Positions 35,554-45,789 of a DNA stretch of 64,000 bases are shown here, piece after piece (position 1 is the stretch's first letter; each line of letters opens with the position of its first letter). This DNA is from Marine group II euryarchaeote REDSEA-S11_B3N4. GTDB taxonomy: Archaea; Thermoplasmatota; Poseidoniia; Poseidoniales; Thalassarchaeaceae. The translations under genes and the position numbers were made by a program. The notes beneath the pieces were generated by a model, which was not told the DNA's origin, did no database searches, and was given only the letters and a program-made list of their open reading frames with translations. The DNA lies in NCBI GenBank assembly GCA_001628485.1, contig LURR01000004.1, forward strand, positions 4,499 to 68,498, in the 5' to 3' direction.

Positions 35554-38500
35554 CTACTCCAGTTCTGAATTCCTTAGGATATTGATGAATGCCCCGACCC
35601 CTAAAGCAAGCAATGTCACGAGTGAGATCAGAATTATTGCAGTAGAGTTAGAAGAAATCCAAGAAGTACCCGATTTTACGGAGTCTGACTTAGTAATGGA
35701 AACATTGTGCTGCTGGTCTTGATCCGCGGTCGTGGAGAGGAAGATGTCAGTCGCTCGGATGAGCAATGTCATCTCCCCTTCGCTGAGAGAAGACCTAGCC
35801 GAGAATGCCAATGAGAATACCCCGTCATTAGCCACTCTATCGGGACCAATACCGTTGTCCGACATCAACTGCCATACCTCTGACTGACCAATGGGGGCAA
35901 GTCTTCCTATCTTTGCCTGGGCAGAGGAGACTCCATCGAAGTCCTGAATGGTGGCCTCAAGGGTGTAATTCAACTCGCCTCCTGAGTTAAGTGACGTGAC
36001 TTTATCGACTGGATTCCCATCCCTCAGGATAGTAAGATTAGTGATGGAGGGGGGTTGATTTCCGATGAGGACCTTCTCTGCTTGCCTTCCTACGTTACTG
36101 GAGAGGATTCCACCAATCAAAGTGGTAGTAGTTGAACCTCCCTCCTGATCCTCCAGATGGATGGGGATATTCTGCCTCCCAGGAGACATACTTGGGGGGA
36201 TATGGAAGGAACCCGACCAAGTCGTAATTTCCGTCGATCTCGTATCTCCATTATGCTGCCATTCCCAGACAGATCCGACGGGCTCGGGCGATAATTCGAC
36301 CATTGAACCGCCCATGGACTGTAGATTAACTGAAACAGACTTGATTCCGTGGCCATCATAGGCACCTAGGTGAACTTGGACCTCATCACCTCTGAAGGCG
36401 CTGTCAGGAGAGAAGTCAAGATGAATGAGGCGAGGTGGTGCATTGGAAATCTGAATACTGACATCCTGTTGATTTGTAACCCAATAATCCTCCATTATTA
36501 CAGAGATTGGGAGATTGCCGCTTTGGAGGCCGTTATGGACGATTCTCGTCGTCCAGACATCATCGTGAATGACAAGATCGCCCGAAAGTCCCGAGTCTGA
36601 GAGTTCGATAAGCCCCATACCGATAGAAGAAAGGTCCACTATCACTGATTTCGTATCTGTATCTATGTCATCAATAGAAATCTCCAGATGAGCAATGCCC
36701 CCCTCCGAAGATAGGACAGACTCGCGGAATCTTACCGAGGACTCCGAGTTGCCGGAGAGCATGGGAGGGGTGTTCTCATCGAATGTAACTATCGAAGGGG
36801 AAAGAATCCTATCCACTCTCTGTTCTTCGATAAGGGAAATCTCGGAGTTGTCGCCTATGTCCAATGTTAGTACTCTACTTACTTCGTTCAGCAATCCAGA
36901 AAGGGGCCCCTCGTTGATGATGCTCCCATTCGCCGAGCTGATGCCTCCGGAGATACCATGCCACTCAGCTACTGAAATCTCATGACCATCTATGTATGCG
37001 ATTTTGCTGTTGGTTACGGATACTTCGAGAGTCATTTCCTTATTGCCTATGAGTTGGAAACTATCTCCTATTGCCAATATCTGAGGGCATACCCCGGTCT
37101 CTCTAGAGATATGATTAGAGAAGATGGCGTTCGCTTCGGGAGAATCTGGATTCTGGATTATAGGGGAGTTCTCGGGGAACTCATCCTCTGTAGATCCGTT
37201 GTCCTCGACATATGTATAACGAATCGTTCGATTCATCCAGTCTTCCTGAGGGACTACATACTCATAGGTCAGGTTGTGCTCAGCTCCCCACTCCTGATCT
37301 ATTGGGCCGAAAGGTGTGGCAGAGACGTTGAACCAAAATTCATTCTGGATTTTGTCAGCCTCGAAAAGGGTCCCAGTCGCATTACCGTAGACATCAGATT
37401 CTACAATCCTGCGCACTAGACCGAAGGACCCCTCAGCATCACCATCGTAGGTACCATCGACAATTATTGTGTCAGCAACGGTCTCTCCGCCTTCTGAATG
37501 CATGTGAAAGATTGGGATGGTGCCATTGACCTCGATGTATGGGGCCTCATCTGAGGCTATGAAGTCGAACTGCCCGCTTCCGAAAATCCTAGAGTACTGG
37601 TCAGTCCTGATACCCTCTTCCCATTTCTCCCTGAGTATTAGCTCCTCCAAATCAAAGGAGAAGAACTCGCCAGCTGCAGATATTCTGGCAGATGCATTGG
37701 CTTCAATCTGGATATCCTGGAGTCGCCGAAAGCCATCCTCGTCCCAAGTCTCGAAGTAAAGCAAGAATACCTCTCCAAAGACTCCTCCGGAGCTCTCGTT
37801 ATCTCCGCCATCAATGGAAATCCATCCATCTCCCTCGAACATCATCCTCTCGGTGATCTTGCCATCTTTGAATGACCTTAGAACATAAGCATCCTTGATT
37901 TCCGCGTTAACCATCGCTCCCTCATCGCCTTCATCGATTGAAATCGCGATGAGTCCAGTACCAGCCATCTCGAAGTCTTGGCTGATTAGTTCGGTTCCAT
38001 GATAAGTCTCATTTAGCCAGATTCTGTCTAAATCAAGATCTATTGCTGCTCCCTGTGAGCCATTCGCCATATCTAGGACTAGAGTACCATTTCCTAGTTC
38101 ATTGGACTCCAAGACGTCCCCAGTTCTCTTTTGCCAGCCTCTGCCCTCGAAAGTGACTCCCTGACTATCCCCCTCCATTCCTGAAAGTGACCAATCGGTT
38201 TCTCTTGTGACCTCATGATCTGAGATTGGTTGGTTCCAATTTGTAATATTCAGCGAGCGACTACATGAGGCAACCGGAGATTGAACGGATATCCAGACGT
38301 AGTCTCCAAACTGAGGCTGTTCTTCTAGAATTATTTCTATCTCACCTCCAGCCGCGAATATCGAGGTGTTTTGTCCAGATGATTGGAAGGAGCCTCTGGT
38401 ATGCTCGACGCTAGTGTTCAATTCTTCATGTGATATGGAGTCAGAGAGTGGTGGGTCGAAAACTACCCGATACCTGTGAACAAGAGAAACCTCGGAACCC

Positions 38501-38679
38501 CCATCTTCTGAGAAGTCCCATTGCTGATCCCAATCTGCAAGGATTTCACAACTGTTGATTTGCCCTTCCTCTGCCCAAGCTAGTGACGAGGGCACACAAA
38601 CCGCTAGTATCGAAAGCACTACGGCTATCGAGAAGGCTCTGGTCATGTTGTCCTCCGCACACTGCGGCATTTCAAACAA
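35554..38679 (-). CDS. large secreted cell-surface protein with C-terminal transmembrane anchor
   Basis: 1041 aa. N-terminal signal peptide (AVVLSILAVCVPSSLAWA), long β-rich extracellular region, C-terminal hydrophobic helix IILISLVTLLALGVGAFINIL. No recognisable enzymatic motif. Confidence 0.6.
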   Translation of the reverse strand: MFEMPQCAEDNMTRAFSIAVVLSILAVCVPSSLAWAEEGQINSCEILADWDQQWDFSEDGGSEVSLVHRYRVVFDPPLSDSISHEELNTSVEHTRGSFQSSGQNTSIFAAGGEIEIILEEQPQFGDYVWISVQSPVASCSRSLNITNWNQPISDHEVTRETDWSLSGMEGDSQGVTFEGRGWQKRTGDVLESNELGNGTLVLDMANGSQGAAIDLDLDRIWLNETYHGTELISQDFEMAGTGLIAISIDEGDEGAMVNAEIKDAYVLRSFKDGKITERMMFEGDGWISIDGGDNESSGGVFGEVFLLYFETWDEDGFRRLQDIQIEANASARISAAGEFFSFDLEELILREKWEEGIRTDQYSRIFGSGQFDFIASDEAPYIEVNGTIPIFHMHSEGGETVADTIIVDGTYDGDAEGSFGLVRRIVESDVYGNATGTLFEADKIQNEFWFNVSATPFGPIDQEWGAEHNLTYEYVVPQEDWMNRTIRYTYVEDNGSTEDEFPENSPIIQNPDSPEANAIFSNHISRETGVCPQILAIGDSFQLIGNKEMTLEVSVTNSKIAYIDGHEISVAEWHGISGGISSANGSIINEGPLSGLLNEVSRVLTLDIGDNSEISLIEEQRVDRILSPSIVTFDENTPPMLSGNSESSVRFRESVLSSEGGIAHLEISIDDIDTDTKSVIVDLSSIGMGLIELSDSGLSGDLVIHDDVWTTRIVHNGLQSGNLPISVIMEDYWVTNQQDVSIQISNAPPRLIHLDFSPDSAFRGDEVQVHLGAYDGHGIKSVSVNLQSMGGSMVELSPEPVGSVWEWQHNGDTRSTEITTWSGSFHIPPSMSPGRQNIPIHLEDQEGGSTTTTLIGGILSSNVGRQAEKVLIGNQPPSITNLTILRDGNPVDKVTSLNSGGELNYTLEATIQDFDGVSSAQAKIGRLAPIGQSEVWQLMSDNGIGPDRVANDGVFSLAFSARSSLSEGEMTLLIRATDIFLSTTADQDQQHNVSITKSDSVKSGTSWISSNSTAIILISLVTLLALGVGAFINILRNSELE

Positions 38680-38703
38680 TTCCCGGCATGACTGCTAGCA
38701 CCA

Positions 38704-39114
38704 CTAGAACAATGGCTCCTCATAGTCGTCATCTACCCCTGACCTCTCTCTCCAAAGACCTGCAGGCATACCGTCATAGATATCAGCATAGGGATCCTCC
38801 TCACCCTTGTCTTCATTCTGAACAGCCAAGTTGGCAAAGTTCTCAGCGTTTGCTTTGAACTTCCAGTAGTGTATCCTCCACTCCCTTCCATCCCAGAGGG
38901 TGGTCTCCTCGGACTCTGTGGTCAGGAGATCATAGTCTTGCAACTGGTAGAACATGTTCCTGTCTGTTGGCTCGAGTGCATTATCGATAATTCTGTTTGA
39001 GAAGCCGAAGAAGCCCAATGCATGTTCTGCTATTGACTCAGCGACATGAGTCTCCATGGTGGTATCCACCTTGCTCTTGATGGCCTGAGTAAGCTGTGCT
39101 AGCGTTAGTCCCAT
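38704..39114 (-). CDS. acidic hypothetical protein
   Basis: 136 aa. No family recognised. Immediately upstream of, and co-oriented with, the large surface protein. Confidence 0.4.
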   Translation of the reverse strand: MGLTLAQLTQAIKSKVDTTMETHVAESIAEHALGFFGFSNRIIDNALEPTDRNMFYQLQDYDLLTTESEETTLWDGREWRIHYWKFKANAENFANLAVQNEDKGEEDPYADIYDGMPAGLWRERSGVDDDYEEPLF

Positions 39115-39208
39115 CTTCCTACCGACTCCTGATGGAAGCCGAGGTTATTTCAAACATCTTGCTAATTGCTCTATTTCTGTCGTTCAACACGCCCGAAGTG
39201 GTTAATCT

Positions 39209-40165
39209 GTGCTCTCTTCTCGAGTAACCATGGATGAGCCCGGCAGCCATACTTTCCTCGCACTTGAGGAGTCGGAAGGAGGCCCTTGGGATATTGTAAT
39301 ACTACAGATTCCTCTTGAGATGACTTGCAGTTACGGAGAAGGAACTCGTCGCGGCCCTAAGGCATGCATCGAAGCAAGTGCTCAAGTAGAGTTGAATGAC
39401 TCAATTCTCCCAGAAGATTTACCGAGTGGAGCAAAAATTCACACTGCGGCACCATGGTCCTCTGAGGCGCCAAGCCTCAGGGAACAATTGGACTCCATCG
39501 GAGAACATGTTAGACCATGGTTTACTGGGCAGGAGTTCCCTCTGGTTCTTGGGGGCGAACATGGGATACTACTTCCGATTCTGGAGAATTTACACCAGCA
39601 CCCTTCAGTTAGGGACATTTCAGAACTGACAATAGTTCAGATTGACGCACATGCTGATCTGAGGGAGGAGTTGAATGGAGAGAGGTTTTCCCATGGGACA
39701 GTTATTCGTCGAGCTCTGGATTTGGGGGTGGGCAGAGTCATACAGATTGGGGTTAGAGCATACAGTCATGAAGAAGAAGAGGCGATACAGAACGAAGATA
39801 GAGTTGAGGCTTGGTTCGCAAGAGATCTACTATCCATCGTTGATGGGAGGCTAGTATGGGAGAGTTTAGTGGAGAGGGTTTCAAGCATCTCTGGCCCAGT
39901 TTGGCTAACCTTCGACGTTGATGGTCTTGATGGTTCACTAGTTCCAGCAACAGGGACACCAGTTCCAGGGGGATTGAGTCACTGGGGTTCAGTAGAATTG
40001 ATTGAAAATCTATTCGCATCTGGGAATTGCGAAGTTGTTGGTGCGGACGTAAACGAAATCGTTCCAGGGACTGAGGGTTCATTGACTGAGTTCAGTGCGG
40101 CACTTATCGCGACGAAGATAGTGGCGTGCCACATAGCCAATTCTGAGACCAAAATAGGAGAATAA
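39209..40165 (+). CDS. arginase/agmatinase/formiminoglutamase (ureohydrolase) family protein
   Basis: 318 aa. Binuclear Mn ligand blocks GGEHG, VQIDAHADL, LTFDVDGLDGS. Confidence 0.8.
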   Translation: MLSSRVTMDEPGSHTFLALEESEGGPWDIVILQIPLEMTCSYGEGTRRGPKACIEASAQVELNDSILPEDLPSGAKIHTAAPWSSEAPSLREQLDSIGEHVRPWFTGQEFPLVLGGEHGILLPILENLHQHPSVRDISELTIVQIDAHADLREELNGERFSHGTVIRRALDLGVGRVIQIGVRAYSHEEEEAIQNEDRVEAWFARDLLSIVDGRLVWESLVERVSSISGPVWLTFDVDGLDGSLVPATGTPVPGGLSHWGSVELIENLFASGNCEVVGADVNEIVPGTEGSLTEFSAALIATKIVACHIANSETKIGE

Positions 40166-40175
40166 TTGTACGTTA

Positions 40176-41609
40176 TTGCCCCTACAGCGGCGCATGCGCC
40201 GCTGGATAGCGACAATTCTGGTTGCTTCATTTGCACTTGCATCTGTTTCACCTGCAGTATCGGCCCAGATTAGCCAACCGGATATTATCCAGGAACACTG
40301 GTACCACTCATATGCTACACTTACCCTCGACCTAAATGCATGGGCGGATGAACATCCAGATATCGTGAACCTGCTAGTTGTAGGCGAAACAGAACTTGGA
40401 AGAAATCTCTGGATGTTACAAATTTCAGATTGGAGTCTGGAGGCCAAGCCAGATGGAACTGCCAAAGAAGTGGTGTACATCGACGGCGGCCATCATGGAA
40501 ACGAGCATTTGGGGACGGAGTTGGCATTCATCACTGCAGAGTATTACATCGAGGGGTGGTCTGATGGTGAGCAGGATGTGATAGATGTTCTTTCAACTAC
40601 CGAGTTGCACATCCTAATCATGCTGAATGCGGATGGAAATGACTTCGATACCAGATGGAACGTGAACCAAGTAGACCTGAATAGAAACTACGATCATTAC
40701 TGGAACACATGCCCTACCACTCAGCCAGGGAGCTCTGCATTCAGTGAGTCAGAGACTCTTGCAAATTCAATTTACATGAATGATGTAGTTCCTGATGCAG
40801 ATTTGTACGTCACGATGCATACCGGAGTTTGGATTATGCTGTATCCATGGGGAAAATGGCCAGAGCAACCTCCTGACTGGGAGATGTATCACCACATTAG
40901 AGACGAAGTGAACTCGAACATTTCGGACATTCCTATTCGAAACGCGAACCAAGGCCTATACCCAAATTGCGGCACTAGCCGAGACTACGGCTATGGTGTC
41001 ATGGGCTACCCGACTTTCACGTTTGAGACTGATGACGAGCAGTTCCTGCTTGGGACGGTTGAGTCGGTATCTGATAGGCTGGCTGAGGAGCTGGATGTGA
41101 TGTTGTATCTAATTGAGAATGTCTGGTACTGGAGAGCTCGTCTCTTCATTGATGCAATGGTGATAGAAAGGGGGGGCGAGGTCCGCCTGGAGGTGTCCAA
41201 CCTCGGGAGAGCGAGTACCGGTAACGCCACCTTGACGTATGTTACAGAGGAGAGGACCTGGTTCCCAGTCGGAGATGATCCAGGAAAATCGCCCTGTGAG
41301 ATTGAGGGTCTTGGATTCAACTACTCTTCTCCTGGGTGTGGATTCGGAGTGAACGCCACCAACAGCACGGAGTCGATTCTTAACTTCGGAGATGCGCCTA
41401 TTTCTAATGGCCAAGGAGCTTTCCACCTATTCTACCAGAAGAGAGTGATAGATGCTTCGGGATGGATCTCGGAACCTGTCAACGATTCAATCATCGAGGA
41501 TAGGCCCAGTAGAAACGCGGCCCTTCCATCGCCATCGGTATTTCTTAGCATAGCCTGCATTTTCCTGGCTGCATTAGGCAAGAGAGAGGTCAGAGTTGAA
41601 AAGCTCTAG
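40176..41609 (+). CDS. secreted zinc carboxypeptidase, M14 family, C-terminal TM anchor
   Basis: 477 aa. Signal peptide. Zn motif HGNEHLG (HxxE), NRNYD substrate-binding block, later His ligand region. C-terminal hydrophobic anchor. Confidence 0.8.
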   Translation: MPLQRRMRRWIATILVASFALASVSPAVSAQISQPDIIQEHWYHSYATLTLDLNAWADEHPDIVNLLVVGETELGRNLWMLQISDWSLEAKPDGTAKEVVYIDGGHHGNEHLGTELAFITAEYYIEGWSDGEQDVIDVLSTTELHILIMLNADGNDFDTRWNVNQVDLNRNYDHYWNTCPTTQPGSSAFSESETLANSIYMNDVVPDADLYVTMHTGVWIMLYPWGKWPEQPPDWEMYHHIRDEVNSNISDIPIRNANQGLYPNCGTSRDYGYGVMGYPTFTFETDDEQFLLGTVESVSDRLAEELDVMLYLIENVWYWRARLFIDAMVIERGGEVRLEVSNLGRASTGNATLTYVTEERTWFPVGDDPGKSPCEIEGLGFNYSSPGCGFGVNATNSTESILNFGDAPISNGQGAFHLFYQKRVIDASGWISEPVNDSIIEDRPSRNAALPSPSVFLSIACIFLAALGKREVRVEKL

Positions 41610-41689
41610 TATTATTTTGACTCTGAAAGTGTATTTTTTAGAAGGAATTGTTTGTAAACTGGTTACTAACCGGCTATTTGGGGCTAAAT

Positions 41690-43213
41690 ATGAATATAGC
41701 AAGCAGTGAATTTACAGAATTAGGATCGCAAATGGTTCTCCCTCTCTTCGAAGGGGTCGATAAGGCGCCAAACAACTCCCTAAGCGGGCTGAGTAGGAGT
41801 CAACGTAGTCTGGTGAAAGACGCCCTCTCATCTGGAAGCTTCGACGGGAAGAAAGGCAAGAGGATGACGCTTTGGACTCCAGGGTGCAATATCGTCCTGG
41901 TCGGCATGGGGGAGAAGGATTCTCTCGGGCACAAGAGGGCTAGGAATACTGGTGCCAGGCTGATAGCTTCCATGTCCAAGAAGAAGGGCATCGACGTGAC
42001 GGTGAGATTCACCTCAGGTTGGTCGGTGGAGAGGATGATCGACTTCGCCGAGGGGATGCTGCTTCGAGACTACGAGTTCCTGGAGCATCAAGAGTCACCC
42101 AAGGATCACATATCTGACCCTTGGAACGTGTCTTTCCAAGCAAGCTCGAGGTATCAGGAGTCATTGTCCCGAGGGCTAAACAAGGTAGGTTCAGTGGCGG
42201 AAGGAGTCCATCTAGCAAGGGACTTGGGCAATGAGCCTGCAAACGTGCTTTACCCAATGGAATACGCAAAGAGAGCGGAGGATTGGGCCAAGGACAAGGT
42301 CAACGTAGAGGTAGAGGTATACGATTGGGAGAAACTGCAAGAGCTCGGCATGGGAGGACTGATCAACGTTGGCAAGGGGAGCGATCGAAAACCCTGCATG
42401 GTCCTGTTCACGTTGAATCCGGATGCTGATGAAGGAGTGCAGCGGCCCTGTATTGTAGGGAAGGGAATTACATTCGACACCGGTGGAATTTCGATCAAGC
42501 CCACTGGAGGGATGTGGGACATGAAGTACGACATGTGTGGAGCTGCAACGGTTTTTGGTCTGATACATTCGCTTTACGCAACCGGATTTCAGAGGAGGGT
42601 GAATGGAATCGCTTGCCTAGCGGAGAATATGCCCGGGTCTGGGGCTTACAGGCCCGGCGACGTTTTCAAAACGTACTCTGGGAAGACGATCGAGGTGTTC
42701 AGCACTGATGCCGAGGGCAGGAATGTTCTGGCTGATGGACTATGGAAGGCGGGCGAGTTAGACCCAGAATACATCGTGGATCTTGCGACGCTTACCGGAG
42801 CAGTGGTTGTTGCCCTAGGGAACCAGATATCGGGAATGTGGGCGAACGATGAGGGGATTGCAAAGAGGCTCAAAGCGGCTGCAAAGAGGAGCGGGGAGCC
42901 TGTCTGGAGGATGCCTCTTAACGCTCAGTTCCGCAAGTACATGACCGACTCTGCATTCGCTGACATCAGGAACGGCTCGATTGGAGGCAGGGCAGGCTCC
43001 TCTAACACTGCTGCATCATTCCTAGAGTTCTTTGTTCCGACTAGGGGATTCGAGGAGGATGCAGAGAAGATTCCGTGGGTGCATCTAGATATCGCTGGAA
43101 CTGCATGGGGACCTGGATCTAAGGCTCGTTCGGAAGGGGCGAACCCTCTCTTCCAATATGGCACATCTGGTGTCCACGTCAGGACCCTACACAGACTGAT
43201 TACCGAGGATTGA
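41690..43213 (+). CDS. pepA: leucyl aminopeptidase (M17 family)
   Basis: VGKGITFDTGGISIKP, MKYDMCGAA and NTDAEGR-type STDAEGRNVLADG motifs. Start is uncertain: ATG 41648, 41690 or 41732 are all possible. TATA-like TATTATTTT lies at 41610-41618. Confidence 0.85.
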   Translation: MNIASSEFTELGSQMVLPLFEGVDKAPNNSLSGLSRSQRSLVKDALSSGSFDGKKGKRMTLWTPGCNIVLVGMGEKDSLGHKRARNTGARLIASMSKKKGIDVTVRFTSGWSVERMIDFAEGMLLRDYEFLEHQESPKDHISDPWNVSFQASSRYQESLSRGLNKVGSVAEGVHLARDLGNEPANVLYPMEYAKRAEDWAKDKVNVEVEVYDWEKLQELGMGGLINVGKGSDRKPCMVLFTLNPDADEGVQRPCIVGKGITFDTGGISIKPTGGMWDMKYDMCGAATVFGLIHSLYATGFQRRVNGIACLAENMPGSGAYRPGDVFKTYSGKTIEVFSTDAEGRNVLADGLWKAGELDPEYIVDLATLTGAVVVALGNQISGMWANDEGIAKRLKAAAKRSGEPVWRMPLNAQFRKYMTDSAFADIRNGSIGGRAGSSNTAASFLEFFVPTRGFEEDAEKIPWVHLDIAGTAWGPGSKARSEGANPLFQYGTSGVHVRTLHRLITED

Positions 43214-45088
43214 TCAGTCCTCTTCTTCCTCGGAGTCAACGACCTCGAAGTCTGCATCAACGACTCCATCGTCACCGCTCTCGTCCTTTTCCTCGGCCAT
43301 CTCTGCAGCCGCGGCTTCGTACAGTTTAGTTGAGATAGAGTGCATTGATTCCTCCAGTTCTGACATCTTTGCCTGGATTGCAGCCTCATCTATTTCCTCC
43401 AGTGGAACAGGAGTCTCGTCCTTGACTATCAGAGCCTCGAGTTCGTCCAGCTTCTCTAGGACTGGCTTGGTGTCTTCATCGGCGAGTTTCTCCTCGTTCT
43501 CTTCTATCATCTTCCTAGTCTGATAGACTACGCTGTCTGCAGAGTTGCGCATCTCTACCTTAGCCTTCTTCCTCTTGTCCTCTTCTGCAAACTTTTCGGC
43601 ATCCTCTATTTTCTGCCTAATCTCATCCTCGGAAAGAGAGGTTTGGCTCTCTATCTTGATCGATTGTTCGGTTCCTGTTCCCAAGTCCTTAGCGGAAACG
43701 TTGACTATCCCATTTGCATCTATATCGAATGTTACCTCAATCTGCGGGATACCCCTTGGTGCAGCTGGGATCCCCATCAGGTGGAAACGGCCCAAGGTTA
43801 TGTTGTCCTTGGCAAACTCTCTCTCACCTTGCAATACGTGTACCTCTACGGCAGGTTGGTTATCTGCTGCCGTAGAGAAAGTCTCAGACCTACGAGAGGG
43901 GATGGTGGTGTTTCTCTCTATCATCGTAGTAGTGACCCCTCCCAGAGTCTCGATTCCCAGAGTGAGGGGCGTGACGTCCAGTAGCAGCACGTCCGTGACT
44001 CCCTCGTCTCCAACGATGATTCCAGCTTGGAGGGCGGCACCCATGGCCACCGCCTCATCGGGGTTTATTCCTTTGAATGGGGCCTTACCGACCTCCTTCT
44101 CAATCGCTTGCTGAACAGCGGGAATCCTAGTTGAGCCGCCTACTAGCAGGACCTTGTCGACATTTCCCTTCTTGATTGAAGCATCCTTCATTGCCTGACG
44201 GGTCGGAGACATAGTCCTCTCAACAAGAGACGCTGTAAGCTTCTCAAACTTCGAACGAGACAGGGCCATGTCTAGATGCTCTGGCTGACCATCGATCATT
44301 GTGATAAATGGTAGATTAATCTGGGTGGATGGTGTTGTGGACAGTTCTATTTTGGCCTTCTCGGCGGCTTCTCTGATCCTGCTCATTGCCTGTAGATCCT
44401 TCTCTAGTTCTATTCCAGTGGATTTCTTGAACTCGGAGACTATCCAATCCATAACCGCCTCATCGAAATCGTCACCACCGAGTCTGTTATCGCCGCTAGT
44501 TGCTTTCACCTCTATCTGAGGTTGACCGTCGACCTGGTAAATCTCTAGAATGGACACATCGAAGGTACCTCCCCCCAGGTCGTAAACCAAGACCGTCTGG
44601 TCTTCTTCCTTGTCGACTCCGTAGGCCAGTGCTGCGGCAGTCGGCTCGTTGATTATTCTGAGAACCTCTAGTCCTGCAATCCTACCCGCATCCTTGGTTG
44701 CCTTTCTTTGTGCATCGGAGAAGTACGCTGGGCAAGTGACTACAGCTTGCTTGACCTCAGTACCCAAATATTCCTCTGCATCTGATTTCAGTTTCTGAAG
44801 AACGAATGCCGATATCTCCTGAGGCGAATAGTTGTCCCCGTCTATTTCTTGCACCCAATCTGTTCCCATCTCTCTCTTTACTGAAATTATTGTCCTCTCA
44901 GAGTTAGTCACGGCCTGCCTCTTGGCAGTGACACCTACCAGCCTCTCCCCTTCCTTCGAGAAGGCGACTACGCTGGGAGTGGTTCTAGAGCCCTCCGAGT
45001 TCGGTATCACTACCGCTTTTCCTCCTTCTATAGTTGCAACACAACTGTTTGTCGTTCCTAGGTCAATTCCGATTACTGCTGATCCCAT
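43214..45088 (-). CDS. dnaK: molecular chaperone DnaK (Hsp70)
   Basis: 624 aa. [21 protein letters not shown], full Hsp70 ATPase and substrate-binding architecture, acidic C-terminus. Confidence 0.95.
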   Translation of the reverse strand: MGSAVIGIDLGTTNSCVATIEGGKAVVIPNSEGSRTTPSVVAFSKEGERLVGVTAKRQAVTNSERTIISVKREMGTDWVQEIDGDNYSPQEISAFVLQKLKSDAEEYLGTEVKQAVVTCPAYFSDAQRKATKDAGRIAGLEVLRIINEPTAAALAYGVDKEEDQTVLVYDLGGGTFDVSILEIYQVDGQPQIEVKATSGDNRLGGDDFDEAVMDWIVSEFKKSTGIELEKDLQAMSRIREAAEKAKIELSTTPSTQINLPFITMIDGQPEHLDMALSRSKFEKLTASLVERTMSPTRQAMKDASIKKGNVDKVLLVGGSTRIPAVQQAIEKEVGKAPFKGINPDEAVAMGAALQAGIIVGDEGVTDVLLLDVTPLTLGIETLGGVTTTMIERNTTIPSRRSETFSTAADNQPAVEVHVLQGEREFAKDNITLGRFHLMGIPAAPRGIPQIEVTFDIDANGIVNVSAKDLGTGTEQSIKIESQTSLSEDEIRQKIEDAEKFAEEDKRKKAKVEMRNSADSVVYQTRKMIEENEEKLADEDTKPVLEKLDELEALIVKDETPVPLEEIDEAAIQAKMSELEESMHSISTKLYEAAAAEMAEEKDESGDDGVVDADFEVVDSEEEED

Positions 45089-45117
45089 TTCTATTTCTCC
45101 TGATTTTTTTTCTCAAA

Positions 45118-45720
45118 CTACTTCAGTTCGAATGTCATGTCCAGTATGCCGTTGTTAATTTCCCACTGGAAATCTCCAGAGGAGGGGTGTGGAAGTACGA
45201 AGTTCCTGAATGGTCTAATCTGATTCTTCCTTAGCAATTGCAGCACCTCGCCTCCACCTGTTAGGCTAATTTCGAGGTTATCCCGATCTATATCCTCGTA
45301 CCTGGAAACATCGATAGTGACGTACATCTCGTTTTCCTTGATGTATACATCATCGGAAGAAATTGAGTTGTCCTCGTCTGAATTGTTACTTTCGTCGACG
45401 TCTACTCTGACCTCCGAGACTGATGGCTTGATGTGAATATCCACTCCCATCTTCTTGAGAAACTCGCCAAGACCCTGGGGGCCGCTCAGCATAGATTCGA
45501 AGTTCTTCATGAACTCCTCGGGATCAGAATCTACTCCTAGCTTGACCTCGTCCATCGAGACTTTCTTTGGGTCAATCCCCAGCTGTTCAAACTGGTTCCT
45601 TACTTGCTTAATCAGAGATCTTAGCACATCAACGTCTACTGGCATACCCATTCGCTCGAACATTCGGACTATTTCATCCATTGCCTCTTCATCGAAATCG
45701 TCCCAATTTTCTTCTGTCAT
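45118..45720 (-). CDS. Hsp20/alpha-crystallin-like domain protein with acidic N-terminal extension
   Basis: 200 aa. C-terminal ~80 aa (DVYIKENEMYVTIDV...FRNFVLPHPSSGDFQWEINNGILDMTFEL) matches the sHSP α-crystallin domain pattern. Acidic/helical N-terminal ~110 aa. Directly upstream of dnaK. Confidence 0.5.
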   Translation of the reverse strand: MTEENWDDFDEEAMDEIVRMFERMGMPVDVDVLRSLIKQVRNQFEQLGIDPKKVSMDEVKLGVDSDPEEFMKNFESMLSGPQGLGEFLKKMGVDIHIKPSVSEVRVDVDESNNSDEDNSISSDDVYIKENEMYVTIDVSRYEDIDRDNLEISLTGGGEVLQLLRKNQIRPFRNFVLPHPSSGDFQWEINNGILDMTFELK

Positions 45721-45789
45721 TGTATCACTAGTTAACCTTGAGTTGTATAGTGGGAGACAGAGGGGGTATTTGAATCAAACGGGAGGAGG
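45721..45789. promoter_or_regulatory. divergent promoter region between Hsp20-like/dnaK operon and thermosome gene
   Basis: 69-bp intergenic spacer separating two divergently oriented chaperone transcription units. It must contain both promoters. No motif assigned. Confidence 0.3.

Noticed and set aside
36982-37419. 145-aa plus-strand ORF inside the large surface-protein gene
   Set aside because: Antisense to a continuous 1041-aa ORF with signal peptide and C-terminal anchor. No motifs.
43208-43219. Palindromic TGATCA formed by back-to-back stop codons of pepA and dnaK
   Set aside because: It is a trivial consequence of convergent TGA stops. It is not a regulatory palindrome of meaningful length.
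43545-44114. 189-aa plus-strand ORF (and 43643..43984)
   Set aside because: Antisense to dnaK.
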